From Longimicrobiales bacterium (lineage in GTDB: Bacteria > Gemmatimonadota > Gemmatimonadetes > Longimicrobiales > Gaopeijiaceae): 64,000 nucleotides of DNA. The notes beneath the pieces are model-generated. The model searched no databases and was not told the DNA's origin. It saw nothing but the letters and a program-made list of their open reading frames with translations. The position numbers were made by a program, and so were the translations under genes. Positions 28,429 through 38,982 of the stretch are shown piece by piece. Location: the NCBI GenBank assembly GCA_965219445.1, contig CBDCNQ010000003.1, positions 288,001 to 352,000 on the forward strand. The letters run 5' to 3'. How positions within the stretch are numbered: position 1 is the stretch's first letter; each line of letters starts with the position of its first letter.

Positions 28429-29439
28429 TCAGGCGGACGTTGCCAGTGTCAGAACCGTGCGCTCCACCACCTCTCGGGTAAGCGGGACCTTGTAGGCGTT
28501 CTTCGAGAGGGGCCTCGCTCCTGCCACGGCGGCTGCCGCGGCCTCTCGCGCGAGCTCCGGCGTGACGCGTTGACCCACCAGCACGCTCTCCGCCTCCTGG
28601 ACCCGCCATGGAATAGGAGCCACGCCTCCTAGCACGATCCGCGCTCCCCGGCAGACGTCTCCGTTCATCTCGAGCACGACGGCTGCACTCACCAAGGAGT
28701 GCGTCCACGCCTCGCGATCCATGACCTTGTGATACGTACTCCGCACGCCGTTGCCAGGCGTTGGAAGGTCGACTGATATCAGCACCTCTTCGTCACCCAG
28801 AACGTTCTCGTGTTCTGCATCCTGGCGCGGAAGCACGAAGAAGTCCGATCCCGACAAGGTCCGCTCACCCCCGGGCCCGACGATTCGGAAGCTCGCGTCG
28901 AGGGCGACGAGCGCGGGCGCGACGTCCGAGGGATGGACTATATAGCTGGGTCCCCCGCCGAAGATCGCATGGAGCTGGTTCTCGCCGATGACGGAGAAAC
29001 ATTGGTTGCCCCCGGCCTTGTAGCACGGGAACCCGTTGCGGTAGTACCAGCACCAGGGCCGCTGACAGACGTTGCCCGCCACGGTGCCGGCTTTGCGGAT
29101 CTGGGGAGTGGCGACGCTCTCGGCCGCCTCAGCCAACACCGTGAACCGGTCGCGGATGAGCGCATGTTCGCTGAGCGCGTCGAGCGTGACCAATCCGCCG
29201 ACAGTCACGCCGTCCTGCCCCCTCGACGCCACTTGATCGAGCCCCTCCACGGTCTTGAGGTTCACGAGGACGTCCGGCTCCCCGGATCCCGGCCGATTTA
29301 CCACGCCATCCTTCACCAGTTGGAGCAAATCGGTACCTCCAGAGGCGAACGAGACCGCCCGGCCGTTCGAGAGCGCCTCCTGCGCTAGCGCCACCGCCTC
29401 TTCCGGAGTACGTGCGTTCTGGTTGGCAAAAGCTTTCAT
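28429..29439 (-). CDS. XDH-family molybdoenzyme FAD-binding subunit (PaoB/YagS-like)
   Basis: SGGTDL, ATPQIR..GT.AGN, HPSD..PAL, GGVAPIPWR, NAYKV. Confidence 0.92.
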   Translation of the reverse strand: MKAFANQNARTPEEAVALAQEALSNGRAVSFASGGTDLLQLVKDGVVNRPGSGEPDVLVNLKTVEGLDQVASRGQDGVTVGGLVTLDALSEHALIRDRFTVLAEAAESVATPQIRKAGTVAGNVCQRPWCWYYRNGFPCYKAGGNQCFSVIGENQLHAIFGGGPSYIVHPSDVAPALVALDASFRIVGPGGERTLSGSDFFVLPRQDAEHENVLGDEEVLISVDLPTPGNGVRSTYHKVMDREAWTHSLVSAAVVLEMNGDVCRGARIVLGGVAPIPWRVQEAESVLVGQRVTPELAREAAAAAVAGARPLSKNAYKVPLTREVVERTVLTLATSA

Positions 29440-31607
29440 GCCAGCGCTCCCAAGATCTTTTCTCGCGTGATAGGCAGGTCCTTCATACGGTGCCCGATGG
29501 CGTTGAAGATCGCGTTGGCCACCGCGGCCGGACCCAGAATGATGCCCGCCTCCCCGACCGTCTTCGCACCGTAGGGACCGTAGCCGTCGTCGGTCTGGAT
29601 GAAGGTCACCTCGATTTCCGGCACATCCATGTGCGTCAGGTGTCGCGCCCCGTAGTATCCGGCCGTAAGCGGATGGCCGTTCCGAGCGTCATACAGGAGA
29701 TCCTCGTGCAAGGCCTGTCCGATGCCCTGTATGGCCGCACCCCGGATCTGGTCCCTCGCCGGCAGCGGATTGAGGATGCGACCCGACTCGTGGACGGCAA
29801 CGTACTTGGTGATCCACACATGGCCGAGCTGAACATCCGCCTCCACCTCGACGAAGTGCGCGCCGAAGCACATGCGCCGCCTTCCCTGGGTGCTGGGAGT
29901 TGGGGTCGCCGATGCGATCAGCACGTCTTCTCCCCGCGGCATCCCCCTCTCCGCGATTTGGCTCTTGAGGTCCTGGGCAGCCTGAACGACCGCGTACCCC
30001 GTCATCGTCGTGGTCCGGCTCCCCGACTCGCCCACCGAATACGGGCAGCGATCGGTATCGCCCCAGACGACTTCCACCTGTGATAACGGTACGCCCAGCT
30101 CCTCGGCGGCGATCATGGCCATCGTGGTCTTCGCGCCGGGGCCGATGTCTGTGACGCCTACAAACAGCGTGTACAGCTCCTCGGAATTCACCCGGAGGAT
30201 CGCGCTGCTCGGGCCGACACCTGATCGGAACATCATGAACGCCATGCCGGCACCACGCTTGATCGGCCCGGGGTCCGAACCCGGCTCCGGACGCCAGCGG
30301 CTCTCCCAGTCGAAGAGCTCTCGACCCTGTGCGATGCACTCCTCGAGCGAGTAGTTGGTGAACTGCACTTGTTCCGTCGGCCTCCGCATGTTCTTCAGTG
30401 CGAATTCCACCGGGTCCATGCCCACTTTGTACGCGATGTCGTCCATCATCGACTGGACCGCGAAATAGCCCTGGGGGTCCGACGGTGCCCGGAAATTCCC
30501 CGACACCATCCGGTTCGTGTGCACCGGGTAAATTACGCGCTCGACGTTGGGACACCCGTATGCGTCGATCCCGCCGATGCCCCCGGATCTCCTCAGATAC
30601 GGACCCATCCCACTGTAACCGTGCATCTGAATCGCCGTCACGGTTCCGTCCTGCGTCACACCCACCTTGAAGTCCTGCACGGTGTGCCAGCGGCCGTGTG
30701 TGCCGAGCCAGTCGTCCTTGCGCGTGAGCTCGAGCAGCACGGGCGCGTCCGTCTCCCTCGCCAGCATCGCCGCGATCAGATCGAAGTAATAACTCCCGTT
30801 CTTGTCGCCGAATCCCCCGCCCATGTACTTGCAGATGACCTGAACCTGATGGTCGTCCAGACCCAGATCCCGTGCGTTGTCGTGGCGGCAGTTGGAGATA
30901 CCCTGGGTCGGCGTATAGAGGGTGAGCTTGTCGCCTTCCCATTGCGCCAGCGCGCAGCGCGGCTCCATCTGGCCGTCCTGCACGAAGGCCGTCGTATACC
31001 GATCCTCGAACACCTGATCGGCCTCCCGGAATCCCGCCTCGGGGCCCCCGGTCCGTCCCCCCGCCGGTCTCGGTTCGTTCTCAGCATTCAGCGCGAGGTT
31101 GCCCTCGGGCCAGATGGGAGGAGCCCCCGGCTCCAGCGCCTCCTCAGGATCGAGCACGAACGGCAGCTCCTCGTAATCGATCTCGATGAGCTCGAGCGCC
31201 TCCTCGGCCACGTGCCGGTTGACCGCGGCCACCGCCGCCACCGGCTGGCCAACGAAGCGCACCGGGTTGTCGAACATGTACCGGACGTGTCTCGTGATAT
31301 CTTTGGCCGCGTCGTTGTACTGCCGTCCCCCGGCGATCGAGCCCGAGCCGTACACTACTCGGTGCGTCTCGTGCGTGATGACCGCCCTCACGCCCGGCAG
31401 GGCCTCGGCCCTCGATACGTCGATACCGCGGATGCGGGCGTGCGGATGCGGGCTCCGCAAGACCCGGGCGTACAACATCCCCGGGAGCCGAACGTCGCGT
31501 GTATAGGTGGCTTTCCCCGTCACGCGCTCGTAGGCATCGATGCGCGGGACGTTGTGCCCAACCGTGTTCATCGGCCCGACGGGCCCGGCCGCTCGCTGTT
31601 GGCTCAT
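29436..31607 (-). CDS. XDH-family molybdopterin-binding subunit (PaoC/YagR-like)
   Basis: VTGKATY, LRSPHPHARI, MGGGFG.K, GESGSR, GAKTVGE. Confidence 0.93.
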   Translation of the reverse strand: MSQQRAAGPVGPMNTVGHNVPRIDAYERVTGKATYTRDVRLPGMLYARVLRSPHPHARIRGIDVSRAEALPGVRAVITHETHRVVYGSGSIAGGRQYNDAAKDITRHVRYMFDNPVRFVGQPVAAVAAVNRHVAEEALELIEIDYEELPFVLDPEEALEPGAPPIWPEGNLALNAENEPRPAGGRTGGPEAGFREADQVFEDRYTTAFVQDGQMEPRCALAQWEGDKLTLYTPTQGISNCRHDNARDLGLDDHQVQVICKYMGGGFGDKNGSYYFDLIAAMLARETDAPVLLELTRKDDWLGTHGRWHTVQDFKVGVTQDGTVTAIQMHGYSGMGPYLRRSGGIGGIDAYGCPNVERVIYPVHTNRMVSGNFRAPSDPQGYFAVQSMMDDIAYKVGMDPVEFALKNMRRPTEQVQFTNYSLEECIAQGRELFDWESRWRPEPGSDPGPIKRGAGMAFMMFRSGVGPSSAILRVNSEELYTLFVGVTDIGPGAKTTMAMIAAEELGVPLSQVEVVWGDTDRCPYSVGESGSRTTTMTGYAVVQAAQDLKSQIAERGMPRGEDVLIASATPTPSTQGRRRMCFGAHFVEVEADVQLGHVWITKYVAVHESGRILNPLPARDQIRGAAIQGIGQALHEDLLYDARNGHPLTAGYYGARHLTHMDVPEIEVTFIQTDDGYGPYGAKTVGEAGIILGPAAVANAIFNAIGHRMKDLPITREKILGALA

Positions 31608-32284
31608 GGTGTGCCTCCCGATTCCGGAGTCCCAGCAGCCGCCACCACGGCCTCCACGATCGCGTTGTAATTCGAACACCGACAAAGATTGCCGACCATC
31701 GCCTGACGCACCTCCCCCGCCGTCGGGCGCGGGTTGCGCCCCAGCAGCGCGGTCGCCGTCATCAGCTGACCCGGCGTGCAAAATCCACATTGCGGCGCAT
31801 TGTGATCCATGAAAGCCTGCTGCAACGAAGAAAGCTCGCCGTCGTGCTCGAGCCCCTCCACGGTCGAAACCGCCCGACCATCCGCCCACACTGCAAGCGT
31901 GCTGCACGAATACACGGGCTCGCCGTCAAGCAGTACCGTGCACGCGCCACATTCACCGCGGTTGCAGCCGATCTTGGAGCCCGTGAGCCCGATGTGGTCC
32001 CGGAGGAGCTCGTTGAGCGTCCACCGATCCTCTACCTCCATCCGGTGTTCGGTGTCGTTGACCGTGACCCGGATCGCCGTCCGCGGAACGGCCGCCAACT
32101 CCTGCCCGGAGATCTCCTCGCTCGGGACCTCCACTGCCCCGAGCGTCGGCACACCCACGACCACCAGGGCGGCCCCGGTGCCCTCCAAGAAATCGCGTCG
32201 CGTGAGATCACCCCTCTCCCGTGCGATCTCTCGGGAAGCGTCCCCGCTACGGGAGATGTCGTCGTTCTCGCGCTTCCCTTTCAT
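31604..32284 (-). CDS. XDH-family 2Fe-2S subunit with Tat signal (PaoA/YagT-like)
   Basis: TRRDFL; GCNRGECGACT, QCGFC, NLCRC. Confidence 0.94.
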   Translation of the reverse strand: MKGKRENDDISRSGDASREIARERGDLTRRDFLEGTGAALVVVGVPTLGAVEVPSEEISGQELAAVPRTAIRVTVNDTEHRMEVEDRWTLNELLRDHIGLTGSKIGCNRGECGACTVLLDGEPVYSCSTLAVWADGRAVSTVEGLEHDGELSSLQQAFMDHNAPQCGFCTPGQLMTATALLGRNPRPTAGEVRQAMVGNLCRCSNYNAIVEAVVAAAGTPESGGTP

Positions 32285-32391
32285 AGATACCTGCCCACGT
32301 GAAGTGAATAGTCGAACATCACCATGTTCTACGCTCCGCTACGGCCGCTGCCAGACGGCGCCCCCTGCCCTCTCAGGATGTCTCCGCTACC

Positions 32392-32499
32392 TCAGCGGGC
32401 CGCGACGTACTTGGCAAACGCCCCGCCGGCCCACCGGAGCGAGTTCGGGCCCTCCGCGGCGAAGACGTTCCCGTCTTGGTCGACCGCCACGCCCTCACC
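32392..32499 (-). pseudogene. C-terminal remnant of an NHL-repeat gene
   Basis: GEGVAVDQDGNVFAAEGPNSLRWAGGAFAKYVAAR*; in-frame stop about 20 codons upstream. Confidence 0.65.
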
Positions 32500-32743
32500 C
32501 ACATGGTATTCCCCCTCTCGATAAAACCGTTCGGGCGACTCGGCCGTCCGGTCACATCTGCGTCAACATCGGTCATGGCGCCCTTTCGCGCCAGCGGGGG
32601 CGGAGCCGTCAAGCCCGGAAGCTACCTGGCCGGCCCCTCCTCCGTTGGCACACTCGTCCGCGCGGCTCATCCATACCCTCGACTTGACCACCTCCCCGCC
32701 GGCAGGCACGATGGGTTGCGTGCCTTTCACGGGGAGGTAATCC

Positions 32744-34369
32744 ATGGCAAAGGGACCGCTCGTCGACCGGCGGAAATTTCTCGCGGGCAGCGCGGGCGCG
32801 ATGGGCGCGGCGTTCTTCGGAGGCGGGCCGCTCGATGCCCTGACGAGTCGGATTTCGCCTCCGCAGTCTCAAGTCTGGGATGCCGGTCAGGTGCGACACC
32901 TCCTCCCGACGGTCAGCGAGTCGAGGATCCTGCTCAAGGTCTCGTTCGAACGGGCCCTCTCGGCTGCTCCCACACTCCGAGTCGGAGCACGCAGTTTCCC
33001 AGGCCGGATGAATGATACGGGTGGCACGTTTTGGCAGTTCTACGCGACAGACCTCGATGCGGGTGCGACCCACTCCCTCTCACTCGTGGCGGCAAACGGC
33101 TCGTCCCTCTGCGAGCCATGGACGCTGTCGACGTTCCCTGCGGCCGACGCACGCCCACAGCGGTTCCGCCTCCTCTGCTTCACGTGTGCCGGCGGGCCAG
33201 AGGGCGCTTACACCGGGATAGGGGAGCGTCGAGGGAATCTCCCCACCGCAATCCGCAACCGTCTACTGCGTAGGGCGCTGTCGTTCAACCCGGACGCGGC
33301 CGTCGCCAATGGAGATCACATTTATTGGGACCTCCATCGGTGGAGTGGCCAGCTCACGGGGGTGCTCAGCCCCAGGGCGGAGACATCGAACTTCGACTTC
33401 GCCGGGTCCGTCTGGGGCGCGAGCAACGAGGCGGCGCTCATGCTTGCGGCGGGACCTCAGATCGTGCCCGTCTACGGTACGGACTTCCGATCGACGCCAG
33501 TCTTCTTCTTACAGGACGATCACGACCACTGGGAGAATGACGCAGCGGGCGCGTTCCCGATCCCATGGTTTCAGCTCCAACTCGCCCGCGCGACGCAGCA
33601 GCTTTACTACCCGGAGTTTCTACCCGAGGCGAACCGGCCCTTCGGCCTGCCATGGTCATCGTCGAGCGACCGAGGGGACCTCTCCGAGAGCTTCGGCACA
33701 ATCCGCTACGGAAGCCTAGCCGAGGTCCTGCTCTACGACGTTCGCCGCACCATGACACTCGGACCCACCGCGGTCTTCGTGGACCCGAACGTCGAGGAGT
33801 GGCTGTTGGCGCGGACCACCTCTCCCGGTGTGCGCCACGTGGTCCACGCACCTTCGAATCCCTTCGGTTGGAGCGCCGGGAAGTGGGGCGAGTGGTATCC
33901 TGATATCCTCGACCCCGCCGCCGGCGCCCTCACGACGGTCGTCCCGAAGCCTTTTTGGCAGGACGGATGGCTCAGGCAGCACGATCGGCTAGTGGACTCC
34001 ATGTCGGGCATGCGGGCCCGTACCCCACTCGTGGTGAGCGGCGACCTCCACGCGATTGGCGCCGGCACGATGCAGCGCTCGGGCACTCTGGACCTCGGCG
34101 CAAACCCCGTGACGACCGTCCTGAGCGGCCCGGTCGGTACCTCTCCGGGCGGCTTCCCGTCGGTGGTTCGCGGCGTGGGCTCCTCACCCTCCTCGCACCT
34201 CGATCTGGACGAAACCGTGCCACCCATCGAGCAACACGGGTTCACCCTAGTGGATTTCCTGCCCGACCGGATGGTGGTGAGCCTGTTCCGGTGGGATGTG
34301 AACAGCCAGCCACTCGAAGCGATCGACGGCTTGGAGCCGTTCCACACTACCGAGTTGAGCACACCCTGA
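32744..34369 (+). CDS. Tat-exported PhoD-like metallophosphoesterase
   Basis: DRRKFL; NGDHIYWD, DDHD, YDVRR, SGDLH; GGAGG RBS. Confidence 0.75.
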   Translation: MAKGPLVDRRKFLAGSAGAMGAAFFGGGPLDALTSRISPPQSQVWDAGQVRHLLPTVSESRILLKVSFERALSAAPTLRVGARSFPGRMNDTGGTFWQFYATDLDAGATHSLSLVAANGSSLCEPWTLSTFPAADARPQRFRLLCFTCAGGPEGAYTGIGERRGNLPTAIRNRLLRRALSFNPDAAVANGDHIYWDLHRWSGQLTGVLSPRAETSNFDFAGSVWGASNEAALMLAAGPQIVPVYGTDFRSTPVFFLQDDHDHWENDAAGAFPIPWFQLQLARATQQLYYPEFLPEANRPFGLPWSSSSDRGDLSESFGTIRYGSLAEVLLYDVRRTMTLGPTAVFVDPNVEEWLLARTTSPGVRHVVHAPSNPFGWSAGKWGEWYPDILDPAAGALTTVVPKPFWQDGWLRQHDRLVDSMSGMRARTPLVVSGDLHAIGAGTMQRSGTLDLGANPVTTVLSGPVGTSPGGFPSVVRGVGSSPSSHLDLDETVPPIEQHGFTLVDFLPDRMVVSLFRWDVNSQPLEAIDGLEPFHTTELSTP

Positions 34370-34428
34370 GGGAGCCGTAACCGGCAGGCCACGCTGACAA
34401 CTAGGGCCGCCAGACCCCGCAACACCGC

Positions 34429-35654
34429 CTAGAAGAAACGGCTCAGGCTGAACGTCAGGAAGTCGTCCTGTCGCAGCGTGTGGAGCGGTGCCGTGACGTC
34501 GGTATTGAGGAGCAGGCGCATCTCCAGCGCTCCGATCCAGCGCTCGCCGATGCGACGCTCGGCCTCGATGAACGCGATCGTTTCGCCGTGCTTGAGATCC
34601 ACGATCGGCCCGCCCAGGATAGACGTGCCCTGGATGTCATTGAACGCCCACCGAAATCCCACGAACACGTCGTTGTCGAACGCCGTGTAGGGCGCGTCGT
34701 CCCCACGGCCGTCCAGCATGACCTCGGCCAGCAGGCCCAGGTCGGCCGCCCCGGGCCCCAGGCTGAAGAGCGTGTGCTCCACCCCGAAGACACCCGCGGC
34801 GAAACGGTCTCCGTGCCCGCCGCGTGTCAGGGCCTCGAGCTTCCACAACGTGGCTCCCCGCGTGTATTGGGCGTCCACGCTGAACTGATCGATGATCGTG
34901 TAGAACGGCTGTAGCGCGAAGCCGCCCCCGACCCCAGTGGGCAACAGGTGCGGTTCCCGGCTCGTGCCGTAGAACCCAGCTACACCGAGGTCTATGCTAC
35001 CCAGGCTGTGCGACCAGCGCGCCGCGAAGTCGGGGGGCGCCAGCGGCCAGCGTCGGACTCGTAGGAAGCATCGTCCAGCACCAACGCGGGGCCGCTCAAG
35101 CGGCCCTCGATGTCGGGAAACGTGCGCTCACGGAAGAACGGCATCACAAACAGGTCCAGAGCGCCCCAGTCCCGCTCCAGCGTGAAGTTTACCATCGGCT
35201 GGCCGAGCTTGTCCTCGCCATCGATGTCCTCCACGCCGTCGGTCTGATTCACGATGTCGACCAGGTGTACCGATTCGGTGGTGCCCCAGAACACCTTGCC
35301 GACGCCTGCCATGAGCGTCCATCCGTCGCGCAGCCACAGGGCGCTGGCCTCGCGCAAGTCGAAGTGTGTGCGACTCGCGTCGTGCGCGTCCAGGCGCAGC
35401 ATGGGGGACAAGCGCAGCTCCGGCCCGTCCCCGTCCATCCACCAGATGAACTCTGGCGCAAGCCCGATCGACGGAGAGAAGACCGCGTCGCTCTGCTCAG
35501 CGAACAGCGGGTCGTTGGGGAAGATCCGGGTCTCAACGAAGACCGAGCCCCTGATTTCCTGCCCGGCCACAGCGTCCGCCGCCGGGGGCGCGATGCCCCC
35601 GGCGAATACCGCGATCAGTGCCCACATTCGGGCGCGCGTCCGTGGGGTCTTCAT
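34429..35654 (-). pseudogene. Outer-membrane protein of MMPL/LolA-like operon, frameshifted at a G6 tract
   Basis: ORF 34992-35654 continues in another frame (DFAARWSHSLG..GTSREP) into ORF 34429-34944 ending SRFF; shift at 35032-35037. Confidence 0.8.
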
Positions 35655-35666
35655 GAGTACAGCCCC

Positions 35667-36494
35667 CTACCTCCCGCGGCGAAGGCGCGATGGCGTGAAC
35701 TCGCCGTCGGCGAACCCGTTATCGAACGTCCACTCGCTGAACACCAGGTCGGTGCTCTTGCCGTTCTGGTGGTTCTCCATGGCCATCAGGTTCGGGCGCC
35801 AATACTGGCTGAGGTACTGCTCATAATCGTGGTAGGTGAGCGTCTTCAGCAAGGTGTCCTTGCGATCGTAAAAATCGATGCGCTGCACGCGGTACTCGTC
35901 TTTGTCCCACCACACGATCTGCTTCGTGTAACCCGAGTTCTCGTACAGCGGCAGCCGCTCAACCACATAACACTCCAGATCGCCGCATGCCTCCTCGCCC
36001 ACGAAGCGGTAGTCGTACTTGTCGAGCTCCTGGGAGACGAGGTCCTCATAAGCGAACTCACTGCCCACGAACGGCCCGGACTTGTTGGCCGAGGAGATGC
36101 GCTTCACGCGCTTCAGGGCCGGTAAGAAGAGCCACTGGTCGTCCGGATCCAGAATCTTCGTGTGCGACAGGAGCGACGTGCCGGCCACGTCACGCGGCGC
36201 GTCGAACGTGATCACGCTCTTGTCGCCGGCGCCGGACTCCTCAGTCTCGAGGGCCCGCCTGCGCATCTCGCGCACGCTCTCGTCGCCGTTCCGGTTCCGC
36301 AGCACCATGCGCATGGTGGTGGAATTGTCGCCCCAGCCGTAGTCGCGCTTGTCCGCTTCCTCCGCGATCGCGCGGCCTTGTACGTCTGCGGCAAGCTGAG
36401 CTCGCGCGTCGTCTGCGAACGTGATCATCGCCGCAGCCATCAGAGCGGTCGACATCGCCGTCCGCATCATTTTCGTCTTTATCGTCGCATTCAT
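35667..36494 (-). CDS. Outer membrane lipoprotein-sorting (LolA-like) protein
   Basis: PRDVAGT, DDQWLFLPALKRVKRISS..KSGPFVGSEFAYED. Confidence 0.9.
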   Translation of the reverse strand: MNATIKTKMMRTAMSTALMAAAMITFADDARAQLAADVQGRAIAEEADKRDYGWGDNSTTMRMVLRNRNGDESVREMRRRALETEESGAGDKSVITFDAPRDVAGTSLLSHTKILDPDDQWLFLPALKRVKRISSANKSGPFVGSEFAYEDLVSQELDKYDYRFVGEEACGDLECYVVERLPLYENSGYTKQIVWWDKDEYRVQRIDFYDRKDTLLKTLTYHDYEQYLSQYWRPNLMAMENHQNGKSTDLVFSEWTFDNGFADGEFTPSRLRRGR

Positions 36495-36538
36495 CGTTCG
36501 TCATCCTCTCAATTGGGGTTTCGTTGTCATCAGGGAAA

Positions 36539-38902
36539 TCAGTCCGCGCCGGACGCGACGGCCACGAGGGCGGCGTTCGGAAGGGGGTACTTCACTGCAC
36601 GCCGGTCGAACGTGAGCAGGATCGCCGGCAGGAGAAGGAAATCGACCACCAGGGCGCTCACCACGGTGAGCGAGGTTAGCAGGCCCATGTAGGAGGTCAC
36701 GCGGAATGTGCTCAGTCCGAGCATCGCGAAGCCGACGGCCACGATCAGCGTGGTGCCTAGGATGGCGGGCCCGACCATCCGGAAGGCGTACCGCACCGCA
36801 TCAGACGCGTCCGTCGTGAGGCGGGCGTACTGGTACTTGCTGAGGAAGTGCACCGTATCGTCTACGACGATTCCGATGGACAGGCCAGCAACGATCGATA
36901 CCGCGAAGCCGACTTGCCCTACGAGCATCGCCCACACGCCGAAGGCCATCGCCGCCGGAAGCACGTTCGGCACCAGGCTGATCACGCCGAGTCGCACACT
37001 CTTCAGGGCAATCGTCAAGATGCCCGCGATGAGAACGAATCCGAGGCCTGTGCCCAGCAGCATGGAGGCGATGTTGCGCCGCGTGATCTTGGCGAACATC
37101 AACGGAGTGCCCGTAGCCCGCGCCGACCGCATGGTCGCCGTCCCGTTTCGGGCCAGCCACGCTTCGGCTAGCGCCACCTCCTGCTCGACGATCTTCACGT
37201 CCACGTCGCCGTAGGTGACGTCCACCCGGAGCGAGCTCTTGTCCAGGTCGATCTGGTCGTTGACGTCCAGGCCGTAGGGGAGCGACAGCTCGTACAGAAG
37301 CAGGTATTGGGCACCCAGCTCCTGCTCGGTCGGCAGCCCATACGCGGCCGGATCGTCGGCATGCATGTTCATGTTCAGGCGCTTCATGGTTCGCGTGAAA
37401 CTGTTCACGTGCACCACGTTCGGACGGGCGTCGAGCCAGTCCGCGAACTCGTCGACCGTCGCCAGGTACTCGGGATCACTCACCTCCTGCGCGCCACCGG
37501 CTTCGAGTGAAAACGTTGCGCTGTAGAAGCCCGTCAGGTTGTCGATCCCGAAGTCGCTGGCCCTACGGATCTCGAGTTTGGGGGAGAAATACTCGATGAA
37601 ATGGTCGTTCACTTCCAGCGTCGTAACCGCGAAGGACAGACCCACGGTGGCCACGGCCATGCCCGCCAGGACCGTCCGGTGGCGTGCCACCATCATCTCG
37701 CTGAGGCGGTCGAGCCAGGCGTTCACGCGGCTGCCGTTCTCGCGGGGCTGCTTGACCGGCAGAATGGCGACCAGCGCAGGCAGCAGCGTCATCGAGAAGA
37801 TCCAGGCGAAGATCACGCCCACCGCGGTCAGGTTGCCGAGCAGCCGGAACGGCGGCGAGTCGCTGAAGTTCAGTGTCAGGAAACCGACGACTGTGGTGAG
37901 GCTGGTGAGAAAGACTGGCTTGGCGTTGACACGTATCGCCTCGACCAGAGCGTCCAGCTTCGGGTTGCCCGCGCGCATCGACTGGAGCAGCGACACCAGG
38001 ACGTGCACCGAGTCCGCCACCGCGAGCGTCAGGATGATCGTGGGCGCAGACGCGCTGGTCGGATCAAGAAACACCCCCATGTGCCCCGCGATTCCCAACG
38101 TGGCCGCGGTGGAGAATCCGATCACGCCCAGTGTCGCCACCAGCCCGGTGACGGAACGCAGGAAAAGCCCCATCGTGATAGTGAACATCAGGAACATCAG
38201 TGGCATCACGACGGGCAGGTCCCGCATGGGCGCCTCGGCGAAGGCCCAGTTGAGCATGGACAGGCCGCCCACTTGGATCTCCAACTCGGGATGCGCCTCG
38301 CGGTACTCGGCGACCAGGCCACGAGCGTACGCCACGGTCTGGGCCAGCTCGTCGACAGCTTCACCCCGCAGCGAGATGCGCACGTTCACACCGGTGGTGC
38401 GCGCGTCGGGCGCGATGAGCCGTCCCGTCAGCAATGGTTCCGCGAGCGAGACGCGCCTGGCGCGCGCCACTACCTCCGGCGTGATCTCCCCACGCCCCAC
38501 GAGGTCTTCGACGATCAACTCGTCGCCGTCCGCCCAGGTGTGTTGGAAATTGGTGATGGCGTCGACGCGCGTCGAAAACGGGATCTGCCATGCGTCTTCG
38601 GTGAGTGATCGGATCACCTCGAGATTCGCCGCCGTGAACACCTCGCCCTCCCTGGGCTTCACGATGAACAGCACGTTGTCGTTCTTCGTGTAGATGTTCT
38701 CGACCGCCTCGAAGGCGTTCAGATCGGGGTTGTCTTCGCTGAAGAAGACGCGGTAGTCGTTCGCCAGCCCCAGCTTGGACATGCCCGTTCCTAAAGCCAT
38801 CGCCACAAACAAGGTGCTCAGCACGACCCACCACCTGTTCCGGATTACCCAGCGCGTGTAGCGGTCTGCGCGTCCGGGAGAGCCGTTCGTCATCTCACTC
38901 AT
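36539..38902 (-). CDS. MMPL/RND family transporter
   Basis: Two repeats with AVADSVH / GIVVDDTVHF, TSLTT..GF; many TM segments. Confidence 0.92.
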   Translation of the reverse strand: MSEMTNGSPGRADRYTRWVIRNRWWVVLSTLFVAMALGTGMSKLGLANDYRVFFSEDNPDLNAFEAVENIYTKNDNVLFIVKPREGEVFTAANLEVIRSLTEDAWQIPFSTRVDAITNFQHTWADGDELIVEDLVGRGEITPEVVARARRVSLAEPLLTGRLIAPDARTTGVNVRISLRGEAVDELAQTVAYARGLVAEYREAHPELEIQVGGLSMLNWAFAEAPMRDLPVVMPLMFLMFTITMGLFLRSVTGLVATLGVIGFSTAATLGIAGHMGVFLDPTSASAPTIILTLAVADSVHVLVSLLQSMRAGNPKLDALVEAIRVNAKPVFLTSLTTVVGFLTLNFSDSPPFRLLGNLTAVGVIFAWIFSMTLLPALVAILPVKQPRENGSRVNAWLDRLSEMMVARHRTVLAGMAVATVGLSFAVTTLEVNDHFIEYFSPKLEIRRASDFGIDNLTGFYSATFSLEAGGAQEVSDPEYLATVDEFADWLDARPNVVHVNSFTRTMKRLNMNMHADDPAAYGLPTEQELGAQYLLLYELSLPYGLDVNDQIDLDKSSLRVDVTYGDVDVKIVEQEVALAEAWLARNGTATMRSARATGTPLMFAKITRRNIASMLLGTGLGFVLIAGILTIALKSVRLGVISLVPNVLPAAMAFGVWAMLVGQVGFAVSIVAGLSIGIVVDDTVHFLSKYQYARLTTDASDAVRYAFRMVGPAILGTTLIVAVGFAMLGLSTFRVTSYMGLLTSLTVVSALVVDFLLLPAILLTFDRRAVKYPLPNAALVAVASGAD

Positions 38903-38920
38903 CCTCTCGTCTCCTTAGAA

Positions 38921-38934
38921 ACCGACTAGTCGGT
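38921..38934. promoter_or_regulatory. TetR operator (perfect palindrome ACCGACTAGTCGGT)
   Basis: Just upstream of the MMPL RBS; near-identical copy at 39619-39632. Confidence 0.8.
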
Positions 38935-38982
38935 ATGTTACAGGTCCAAGAAAACCCCACGACGAACTTCGTGGGGAGCGTT

